A stretch of 64,000 nt of DNA from an uncultured SAR86 cluster bacterium (GTDB taxonomy: Bacteria; Pseudomonadota; Gammaproteobacteria; Magnimaribacterales; D2472): assembly GCA_902512655.1 (NCBI GenBank), contig CABXJR010000001.1:51896-115895 (forward strand), given 5' to 3'. The translations under genes were made by a program, and so were the position numbers. Of this stretch, positions 49,241 through 56,844 are shown piece by piece. The stretch's first letter is position 1. Each line of letters begins with the position of its first letter. A model generated the notes under the pieces. It did no database searches. It saw nothing but the letters and a program-made list of their open reading frames with translations, and was not told where the DNA came from.

Positions 49241-50137
49241 CTATTTATCATCTCCCCAAACAATTACGTAATTACCTGGAAACGTAAGTGGATTTTCTTC
49301 AATTTGTCGAAACTTTGGAAGCATTTCTTCAAGTTCTTTAATATGCAAAGGTTTGTCATTCCATCTAGGGCTTCCTTTGGTAAAAACAGAGTTATCATTT
49401 CCACTATTCATTACCAAATAACCTCGTTTTGATTTCGATAGTACTTTTTCAACATATTTAATTTGCAGATCTCTTGGAAGTTCAGAAAATGCAAAATTTG
49501 AAATGACTAAATCAAAATTATGCTCAGAGCCTAATTGATTTAATGTTGAATATTTATAATATGAATTCAAAACAAAGCTCTCTAAATACTTTACGTTAAG
49601 TTCTAAAACTTCATTAAGATCCATGAGCGTATAATTTGAAAAATTTATAGCCCTATCAAGAATTAAATATTGACCACCATATCCTGTTCCAATTTCAACA
49701 ATATTTTCTCCTATCCTGTTTTGAAATAAACTAATGATATCTGAAGCTACCTTCATATAGCGAATAGTTGATGGGCTAATCATCCCTAACCCATCAAATT
49801 CAACACATCTTGCTCCGCCAACAGAATCATTAATACGAAAATCATTTATATTAGTTATAAGCTCAGGAGTCTGATTCTTTATAATCTCAATACTTGCAAG
49901 AGCTTCTTCGTGACTGGCATGTTCAAGAATCTCGTTGTATGCAGGATCTCTCTTGAAGTTACTAAAAGCTTTTCTATTGTTAGTAGCTTTAATTACAGCT
50001 TGCAGGTAATAATGATTTCCATCGCTAATTGAAGATGCGCTTTCCAAAGAATAGCTTTTGGGACTAATAAATTTCTTTTTTATTGCATACCTCACATATG
50101 CGGGATCTTTAAATAATTGACTGAAGAAATATTTCAT
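49241..50137 (-). CDS. Class I SAM-dependent methyltransferase (putative sugar O-methyltransferase type)
   Basis: Motif I IVEIGTGYGGQYLIL, an acidic residue after beta-2 (LMDLN), and DLVISNFAFSE. Confidence 0.7.
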   Translation of the reverse strand: MKYFFSQLFKDPAYVRYAIKKKFISPKSYSLESASSISDGNHYYLQAVIKATNNRKAFSNFKRDPAYNEILEHASHEEALASIEIIKNQTPELITNINDFRINDSVGGARCVEFDGLGMISPSTIRYMKVASDIISLFQNRIGENIVEIGTGYGGQYLILDRAINFSNYTLMDLNEVLELNVKYLESFVLNSYYKYSTLNQLGSEHNFDLVISNFAFSELPRDLQIKYVEKVLSKSKRGYLVMNSGNDNSVFTKGSPRWNDKPLHIKELEEMLPKFRQIEENPLTFPGNYVIVWGDDK

Positions 50138-50304
50138 AACTTTCCCACCTGTATAAAGTTTCTAAAAATTTTTAAATGTAAAAATAAAAACAATTATGAC
50201 GCTTTGTCTAAACAGTTGCTAATTTTTAAACTCCTAACTTCATCATCTATTTTTAAAAAGTGCTACGAAAGTACTTAGTTAAAATCGTGAGAAAAGCTTT
50301 AAAT

Positions 50305-50380
50305 TGGAGCGGGAAACCAGGTTCGAACTGGCGACCTCAACCTTGGCAAGGTTGCGCTCTACCAACTGAGCTATTCCCGC
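50305..50380 (-). tRNA. tRNA-Gly (anticodon GCC), intact
   Basis: The reverse complement is GCGGGAATAGCTCAGTTGGTAGAGCGCAACCTTGCCAAGGTTGAGGTCGCCAGTTCGAACCTGGTTTCCCGCTCCA: a full cloverleaf with anticodon loop TTGCCAA. Confidence 0.95.
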
Positions 50381-50468
50381 TTTTGAGTTGGATAATATAC
50401 ATCCAAGGGAATATGCATTCAAGCTTAAAAAGACTGATATTTAGCAGCTTTTAAAAATGTAAAAATTT

Positions 50469-50482
50469 TTGACATAAATCAA
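50469..50482 (+). promoter_or_regulatory. FNR/Dnr/NnrR-type box TTGAC-ATAA-ATCAA upstream of the nor operon
   Basis: 9/10 match to TTGAT-N4-ATCAA. The centre is at 50475.5. A -10-like ATAATT at 50505-50510 is exactly where a class II (-41.5) promoter would place it. Confidence 0.5.
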
Positions 50483-50533
50483 TTTTTAAATATTTCTTCT
50501 ATGAATAATTAATTTTATGGGAGGAAAATAGAA

Positions 50534-50845
50534 ATGGGCGTTTCAATGCTGCAAATTGATCTTTTAGGCTCGGCTATATCTGGAGCCTTGGTGGTTTTAT
50601 TTGGAGCAGGCTATGCTCTATTGTTTGCATTTTCTCAATTAAAAAAAAGCAAGGGTATGCTGGCCTCCTCTTTTGCTTCTTACCTTTGCTTGGTCATAGC
50701 AATCAATTACTTGCTTAACGCTTTACAGATGTCCGGATGGGGTATTGGTTTAATTTGGTTTGTAATTCTTGGATATTTCTTGGGACCCATATTTATTTGG
50801 TATCTCACTTTACAAACTCACAGTGAGGACCTTAACAATGAATAG
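50534..50845 (+). CDS. Small 3-TM membrane protein, unknown function (first gene of the nor operon)
   Basis: ORF track. Hydrophobic. Its stop overlaps the norC ATG by 8 nt. Confidence 0.5.
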   Translation: MGVSMLQIDLLGSAISGALVVLFGAGYALLFAFSQLKKSKGMLASSFASYLCLVIAINYLLNALQMSGWGIGLIWFVILGYFLGPIFIWYLTLQTHSEDLNNE

Positions 50846-51437
50846 AGAAAACTACTGGGCATCTCAAACTTTTTGGAAAAAGTGTGCCATTTGGGTTACT
50901 GCAGTCATGTTTGTTATTTTAATATTTTTAACATTTGATTCAGTCTCAAAAATCACCGCCGGAACGGAGCGCGTTCCAGAATATAGCGTTATTAATAAAA
51001 AAGTGTTTTACAAATATAGCGAAGCCAGGGATATCCTTGTACCAGAAATTTGCTGCGAAGCACCTCTGTTTGGTAAAAAGCTCTCAAATGATGAGGCTGC
51101 AGATTTAATAGATTTAGGGAAGCTAACAATTCAGGCTAAAAACTGTATGAATTGTCACACCCTTCTAGGAAATGGCGCATATTACGCACCTGACCTAACA
51201 AAAGCTTGGCTTGACCAAGGCTGGATTAACGAATCGATAAGAGAAAATTTGATGGTTGATTTTCTTCTAGATCCAGAGGCAAATGCTAGATCTTTTGGTA
51301 CAAATAGAAAAATGCCAAATCTTGACTTAACCGAGGACGAAGCCAAAGCGGTAGTTGCTTACCTTAAGTGGATGTCAGCCATCGATACCAATGGTTTTCC
51401 AGCTTGGTTTAAACCTATCTATCAGAAGGAAGAATAA
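50838..51437 (+). CDS. norC: Nitric oxide reductase subunit C (membrane-anchored mono-haem cytochrome c)
   Basis: NCMNCHTLLGNGAYYAPDLTK matches the NorC NCxGCHTLLGEGAYFAPEL. There is an N-terminal TM anchor and YLKWMSAIDTNGFP near the C-terminus. Start moved to MNRENYW (the track ORF starts at 50769). Confidence 0.85.
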   Translation: MNRENYWASQTFWKKCAIWVTAVMFVILIFLTFDSVSKITAGTERVPEYSVINKKVFYKYSEARDILVPEICCEAPLFGKKLSNDEAADLIDLGKLTIQAKNCMNCHTLLGNGAYYAPDLTKAWLDQGWINESIRENLMVDFLLDPEANARSFGTNRKMPNLDLTEDEAKAVVAYLKWMSAIDTNGFPAWFKPIYQKEE

Positions 51438-52846
51438 TGGCATTTGCAAACTTAAATCTTGGGCAGAAAGTTTCTGTAAAATATTTTATAGGAGCAATGG
51501 TTTTATTTATTGCTCAAATGGTTTTTGGTCTTCTTGCGGGTATTCAATTTATACAGCCAGAATTTCTTTACCAGATATTAGATTTTAATGTCACCAGGAT
51601 GGTGCATATCAATGCCATGATTATCTGGCTATTGTTTGGTTTTTTAGGATCAGTGTATTGGTTGGTAGAAGATGAATCAGGAACCTCTTTGGTTGGTTAT
51701 AAATTAGCCAATATTGGATTTTGGGTATTGTCGATCGCTGTCACAATAGTGGTTTTAGTGTATTTATTTGTTCAAGTTGGATCTGGAACCCAGGCTTCAC
51801 TTTGGTTGATTAATGAGGGCAGAGAATACATAGAAGCTCCTCGATGGGCTGACATTGGCATAGTGCTAGTAATGCTAGCTTTTTTTTACAACATTGCTGC
51901 AACCTTTATGAAGGGAAAGTGGAGCGGTATTTCCGGTGTGTTAGTACTTGATTTGTTGGCCTTGGCAGGCATTTATTTAGCGGGAATGTTCTATTCTCCA
52001 AACATTTCGATGGATCAATTTTGGTGGTGGTGGGTCGTGCACCTATGGGTTGAAGCAACATGGGAAGTTTTGGTGGCTTGCATCATGGCTTGGGGTCTTA
52101 TGAAAACAATCAACGCAAGACGTGAGATTGTTACGACTTGGCTGTATGTCGAAGTTGCGTTAATGTTTGGATCAGGAATTCTTGGTCTGGGCCACCATTA
52201 TTTTTGGATAGGCACTCCAGAATACTGGCTTACGATAGGTGGATTCTTTTCTGCACTTGAACCTGTACCCCTTGTGGCAATGCTTGTTCATGCTGTTTAC
52301 GATACGGGAACGAAAAACTTAAAAGTATCCAATCACCCTGCTTTTGCCTGGTTTATCGCACATGTTTTTGGAAATTTTCTCGGCGCTGGTGTGTGGGGAT
52401 TTTTTCAAACCCTGCCTCAAATCAATTTATATACACATGGAACTCAATGGTCAGCCTCTCATGGTCATCTAGCTTTTTTTGGAGCCTACGTGACAATAAA
52501 TGTGGCTATGTTCTATATGGCCATTCAAAAAATAAGAGGTGGCCAGATCTTTGGATCAGCTCTTGTAAATAAATACAGATGGAAAACATCATTAGCGCTT
52601 CTAAACATTGGTGCCATGGGTATGACAATAGCTTTATTGGTTGCAGGCTATCAGCAAGCTTTTATTGAAAGAGCTGTCGAAGGATCAACCTGGAGCGGTT
52701 TCTTTGAAGCTCAAACCAATTTAACATTTATTGCATCAATGAATTGGAGACTTTTATTTGGTGTCTTAATGACAATAGGAACCTTTGTTCTTGCATGGGA
52801 TTTACTGACAATTGGAAAAACTAATGACTCAAAAAATACAACATAA
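51437..52846 (+). CDS. norB: Nitric oxide reductase subunit B (cNOR, haem-copper oxidase family)
   Basis: All ligand contexts are present: RMVHINAM, HLWVEATWE, LGHHYFWIG, ASHGHLAFFGAY. 12 TM, 469 aa. The ATG overlaps the norC stop. Confidence 0.9.
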   Translation: MAFANLNLGQKVSVKYFIGAMVLFIAQMVFGLLAGIQFIQPEFLYQILDFNVTRMVHINAMIIWLLFGFLGSVYWLVEDESGTSLVGYKLANIGFWVLSIAVTIVVLVYLFVQVGSGTQASLWLINEGREYIEAPRWADIGIVLVMLAFFYNIAATFMKGKWSGISGVLVLDLLALAGIYLAGMFYSPNISMDQFWWWWVVHLWVEATWEVLVACIMAWGLMKTINARREIVTTWLYVEVALMFGSGILGLGHHYFWIGTPEYWLTIGGFFSALEPVPLVAMLVHAVYDTGTKNLKVSNHPAFAWFIAHVFGNFLGAGVWGFFQTLPQINLYTHGTQWSASHGHLAFFGAYVTINVAMFYMAIQKIRGGQIFGSALVNKYRWKTSLALLNIGAMGMTIALLVAGYQQAFIERAVEGSTWSGFFEAQTNLTFIASMNWRLLFGVLMTIGTFVLAWDLLTIGKTNDSKNTT

Positions 52847-53165
52847 AGCTATAAGCTTTTGCAGGCCTTTAAAATTTTACTTATTAGTAGCCCTCTTTTC
52901 TATAAATACACAGGCAAATGATGTAGAAAGTGGAAAAAGTAAATCATCTATGTGCATCAGCTGTCATGGTGTTTCAGGCATAAGCTCAAACCAAATGTGG
53001 CCAAATTTAGCAGGGCAAAAGAGAGGGTATTTAATTAAAGCTTTGCAGGACTACAAGAGTGGTGAAAGAAAAAACGCCATGATGAACTCTATCTTAAAAG
53101 GTTTAAGTGAAGAAGATATCCAAGATATCTCCTCATATTTTTCATCTCTATCTGAATCAAACTAG
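52824..53165 (+). CDS. Soluble class I c-type cytochrome (c4/c5/c553-like monohaem)
   Basis: Signal peptide. CISCHG haem motif, PNLAGQKRGYLIKALQDYKSGERKNAMM with the distal Met. Start at ATG 52824. Confidence 0.8.
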   Translation: MTQKIQHKAISFCRPLKFYLLVALFSINTQANDVESGKSKSSMCISCHGVSGISSNQMWPNLAGQKRGYLIKALQDYKSGERKNAMMNSILKGLSEEDIQDISSYFSSLSESN

Positions 53166-54220
53166 GAAGCCTTATCTTTAAATAGAGGTGTTTCAAGAGA
53201 TGCCAGGCTTAACTCATCTGCATTCTCAAAATCAACATATTTCATAATGCCTAATTTTGAGAACCTCTTTTCTAAAGATGCAGAAAGCAACCCAACTCGT
53301 TTTAAGTTAGGGACAATATTTGCAAAAAGTATTTCTCGAAATTCTCCCATGACTACATTACAAAGCACTATATCTCTCGCTTCTGATTCTGGAATATGAA
53401 GAAACTCTGAAGGGACTTGAGAATTGACCAGTCTCTCTCGCATAACAACACATGCTTCATAAGCAAAATTTTCTCTTTCTTTGATTTGAGAAGGCGACAA
53501 ATTTGGTGTGTAATCCTGTAAGTAATTGACACCAAAAGTTACATGCCTTGCTTCGTCCCTTTTAACCAATCTAAGAATTTCTTTTAAAAGGGGATCTTGA
53601 GCCGTATTTTTAAGCGATTCAAATGCTGCCAATGCCAAGCCTTCAATGATTATCTGCATGCCAAGAAATTTTATATCCCAGCTTGGGTGAGTCAAAATGC
53701 TGTCTAATAGCTTTTTTAAGTTACTATCTATTGGGTACATCACCCCTATTCGCTTTAAGTACTGATTAAAAACTTCAACATGCCTTGCCTCATCAAATGC
53801 TTGAGATGCAGCGCATAGTTTTGCCTGATGGGTAGGAGCGCAATTAACCAACTGTGAAGCAACCATTAATGCTCCTTGCTCACCATGCAAAAATTGACTC
53901 AATGTCCATGCTAATGTGTGATGATCCATCGCAAGCCTTGCTTCTGAGCTAAGTTTTTTAAACTCAACTGTGTCTTTAAATGGATTTAATGAAGGGTCTA
54001 AATAATATTTCTTTTCAGAAAATTTGGAAGACCAATCTAGATCAATGGTGCTATTCCAATTTAGGATTTTTCCTAATTCGTATATTTTTCTTATTCGATT
54101 ATCAACAACCTGATAATCCCAGTTATAACTTCCGGTCAGTGGAACGGTAAAAGTTTCTGACATATAACCAATCTCAACTGGGGACACCGGCCCATCTCTA
54201 GTCTCAAAAATATCATTCAT
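53162..54220 (-). CDS. Ferritin-like di-iron oxygenase (AurF-like family)
   Basis: Four-helix-bundle ligand pattern: FLHGEQGA, FDEARHVEVF, IIIEGLALAAFE, KRDEARHVTFG (E, ExxH, E, ExxH). Confidence 0.6.
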   Translation of the reverse strand: MNDIFETRDGPVSPVEIGYMSETFTVPLTGSYNWDYQVVDNRIRKIYELGKILNWNSTIDLDWSSKFSEKKYYLDPSLNPFKDTVEFKKLSSEARLAMDHHTLAWTLSQFLHGEQGALMVASQLVNCAPTHQAKLCAASQAFDEARHVEVFNQYLKRIGVMYPIDSNLKKLLDSILTHPSWDIKFLGMQIIIEGLALAAFESLKNTAQDPLLKEILRLVKRDEARHVTFGVNYLQDYTPNLSPSQIKERENFAYEACVVMRERLVNSQVPSEFLHIPESEARDIVLCNVVMGEFREILFANIVPNLKRVGLLSASLEKRFSKLGIMKYVDFENADELSLASLETPLFKDKAS

Positions 54221-54354
54221 AATTTACTTAAAGTATTTAATTTACATACTAAATTAATATAATTTATTAAGTGATGTTTTGATTAATATCAAATAAAGTA
54301 ATTAAAAACCACTGCAAAATTTATCTTATTAACAGTTAATTTATAGGAGAAATA

Positions 54355-54807
54355 ATGTCAGTTAAAAAAGTTCTGATTGCAATAGACTCGTCAATGGATG
54401 CAGATTTTATATTAGAAAAAAGTGATCAATATTTGCCAAAAGAAGGTGCGGAAATCTCTATGATCTCTGTTGTGGAGCCCATGCCACTTTTTTACGCAGA
54501 TATTTACTGGTCAAATGAAACTTACGAGGTTGAAAAAAATTTAGTTCGAGAAGGCATTGAAAAGGCAAAAGAGAAATTAATGGAGTTTGGTCGACTTTAC
54601 GGCATTCAAACTAGTAACTGTCATGTAAAAAAAGGGGATATAGTGACAGAGATTCACAGAATGGCCGAAAATCTAAATATAGACTTGCTGGTAATGGGCA
54701 GTCACTGTCGCAAAGGTTTCCAGCGGTTTCGTATGGGCTCAACAGCTGCAGCAGTGATACATGGTGCTAAATACGATTTACATATTGTAAGGCTTAAAGA
54801 GAGCTAA
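54355..54807 (+). CDS. Universal stress protein (UspA family)
   Basis: 150 aa. VLIAIDSS..., C-terminal LLVMGSHCRKG...GSTAAAVIHGAKYDLHIV ATP-binding-type motif. Confidence 0.85.
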   Translation: MSVKKVLIAIDSSMDADFILEKSDQYLPKEGAEISMISVVEPMPLFYADIYWSNETYEVEKNLVREGIEKAKEKLMEFGRLYGIQTSNCHVKKGDIVTEIHRMAENLNIDLLVMGSHCRKGFQRFRMGSTAAAVIHGAKYDLHIVRLKES

Positions 54808-54957
54808 GTTTTTATCTGCAATAGGTTTCTACTTAAAAATTAGCGTAACTTCACCGTAACTTAAAAAAAACTAGATAGACGAAAGAATGCTGGCTAGATT
54901 AAACTTCACTTAAAACCTTTTTGCTTGATTGATAGGGTTTTAAGATGCGATTTAAGG

Positions 54958-54997
54958 CCTTGGCAAGGTTGCGCTCTACCAACTGAGCTATTCCCGC
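54958..54997 (-). other. 5' fragment of tRNA-Gly(GCC), fragment d, with diverged upstream flank
   Basis: 40 nt are identical to 50341-50380 (anticodon stem-loop, D-arm, 5' acceptor strand). The adjoining 43 nt (54998-55040) match the flank of the intact gene (50381-50423) at about 35/43 positions by manual alignment. Confidence 0.85.
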
Positions 54998-55049
54998 TTT
55001 TGAGTTGGTTAATGTACATCCATGACATAAAGCATTCAAGAGAATTCTG

Positions 55050-56186
55050 CTAGTTGAATTTTCTTAAGATTTCTTCTGTATCTTCCCCAAGAGATGGAGC
55101 CGTTTTGGTAACTTCAAGTCTTTCCCCATCAAAGATTGCTGGATGAGACACTGCATTCATTTTGCCTTGATGCGGGCTATCCATTTGAAAAATTGTTTTA
55201 CTCGCTATAACTTGAGGCTGATTAATCACTTCTTCTCTTGGAGTAAAAGGCGCACAAGGCACATCATTTGCTCTTAATGCTTGAATGGCTTCTTCTACAG
55301 TTAAATCAAGAAATGAGAATATTGCCTCGGCAACTAAATCAGACATATTTTCACTTCTAGCTGATGCGTCTATAAAACGAGGATCAGTTTTATATTCAGG
55401 TTTATTAATTGCATCAAATATTCCATACCACTGAGCATCTGTCATAGCTGCAATGGTAAAAAAACCATCTTTTGCATGGATTAAACTTGAATAGCTAGCT
55501 GACAACGGGGGAAGTTTTTTTACATCCTTATCTAACAAAGTCTCATTCATCATCCCATCAGGCCATAAGAAGAAGATGGCTGAATCAAGCATGGATAATT
55601 TTATATGACTTGCAATACCAGTTCTTTCTCGTTGAAAGAGAGCAGCAGTTAGAGCCTGACAAGCAGTGTATCCAGTGATTTTGTCACATATTAATGTTTT
55701 CATATAAGCAGGCTGATCACCATTAGCCTGAATGCTTGTTGCTCCAGACATACCCTGAATTACATGGTCGTAAGCTGGCGCAGAAGCTAATGGACCTTCA
55801 TCACCAAAACCAGAAATTGATACATATATAATCTTTGGGTTAACTTTTCTAATATCTTCCAACCCTAACCCTAATTTTTCATTAACTCCGGGACGATAAT
55901 TGCTAATAAAAACATCGGCTTCTTTTACCAGTTTTAATAATTTTTTAACTTCTTTTTGATCTTTGAGATTAAGGTTGATTGACTTCTTGCCTCTATTACA
56001 ATTTGCAAATATTGCAGAAAAACCTCCCTTCTGAGTTCCTAAATAGCGCATTGAATCTCCTATCCCAGTTGGCTCTACTTTAATTACTTCTGCGCCTTGA
56101 TCACACAAAATCATTGTTGCTAAGGAGGCCGTTACTATGCTTGAAAGTTCTAAAATTTTTATTCCATCTAAAGGTTTTTGTTGCAT
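55050..56186 (-). CDS. Family III CoA-transferase (CaiB/BaiF)
   Basis: GIKILELSSIVTASLATMILCDQGAEVIKVE, ISGFGDEGP. Second paralogue in the window. Confidence 0.85.
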   Translation of the reverse strand: MQQKPLDGIKILELSSIVTASLATMILCDQGAEVIKVEPTGIGDSMRYLGTQKGGFSAIFANCNRGKKSINLNLKDQKEVKKLLKLVKEADVFISNYRPGVNEKLGLGLEDIRKVNPKIIYVSISGFGDEGPLASAPAYDHVIQGMSGATSIQANGDQPAYMKTLICDKITGYTACQALTAALFQRERTGIASHIKLSMLDSAIFFLWPDGMMNETLLDKDVKKLPPLSASYSSLIHAKDGFFTIAAMTDAQWYGIFDAINKPEYKTDPRFIDASARSENMSDLVAEAIFSFLDLTVEEAIQALRANDVPCAPFTPREEVINQPQVIASKTIFQMDSPHQGKMNAVSHPAIFDGERLEVTKTAPSLGEDTEEILRKFN

Positions 56187-56192
56187 AAGTTT

Positions 56193-56603
56193 TTAACTCC
56201 CTTGGTTAGAGAATAACTCTAATGATTCGACCATCTTTTCTTTTACCTTCTCAATTGCCTGAATAGGTCGAATCATTACTTTAAATTCTACAATCTTCCC
56301 TTCATTATTCCATGAGATGATATCTGCTCCATTCACAGAAACATCATCAATAAATGTTTCAAATTCAAGTACACAAAATAAATCTTGAATAACTTCTTTT
56401 GTATATTTAAAACGATTCATATTAAAAGATTGCCCTGCAGACATTAAATATAATTTTGCTAAATCCTTTCCTTCAATTGGTTTAAAAACTACCGGGGAAT
56501 AAAAAACTACTGATTCATCAAGAATCTCATCTAAAAAACTAGGATCTTCAGATTTATAATTATCTAACCATTTTTGAAGATATTTTTTTGTGTTCATAGG
56601 CAT
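56193..56603 (-). CDS. NTF2-like / SnoaL-like small protein
   Basis: 136 aa. The alpha+beta cone pattern (WLDNYKSEDPSFLDEILDESVVFYSPV...) is recognised by eye only. Confidence 0.5.
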   Translation of the reverse strand: MPMNTKKYLQKWLDNYKSEDPSFLDEILDESVVFYSPVVFKPIEGKDLAKLYLMSAGQSFNMNRFKYTKEVIQDLFCVLEFETFIDDVSVNGADIISWNNEGKIVEFKVMIRPIQAIEKVKEKMVESLELFSNQGS

Positions 56604-56844
56604 TCAGAATGAAATTTAGATTAAAGGGATCCCTGAAAATAGAATTTCTTAAAATTTGCAACTACTAGATTATTTTTGCTTTCTTAGTTTTCGTAAACGT
56701 CGGTACTCATTTAATTTCTTTTTCTCAACTAATTCACGATTAAGATGACGTTTTTTTCTAGCAGCTTCAGATTTTTTAATTCTGACGGCTTTATTCATTC
56801 TTCTTTAATAGTCTCATAAAGAAAAAATAAATGCAAAAAGATGG

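Noticed and set aside
49130-50454. ORFs 49130-49432(+) and 50260-50454(+), sharing the peptide WSGKPGSNWRPQPWQG, and the N-terminus of 16588-16965(+)
   Set aside because: The shared peptide is simply the translation of the antisense strand of tRNA-Gly sequence, intact or as a fragment. These are not a repeated protein family. Only the C-terminal 64 codons of 16588-16965 are kept, as a DUF6356-like gene.
50769-50837. Upstream extension of norC (track start at 50769)
   Set aside because: It would overlap the preceding membrane-protein gene by 77 nt. The NorC homology and membrane anchor begin at MNRENYW (ATG 50838), which overlaps the upstream stop in a typical coupled arrangement.
56670-56799. 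Very basic small peptide in the 240-nt gap before argH (MNKAVRIKKSEAA / ...RKKRHLNRELVEKKKLNEYRRLRKLRKQK)
   Set aside because: On careful re-reading, the ATG frame stops after 13 codons (GCT GCT TAG). The long basic frame is +1 relative to it and has no ATG, GTG or TTG start. It could be a frameshifted relic next to an A7 run or chance K/R codons in AT-rich DNA. That is not enough to call a gene.
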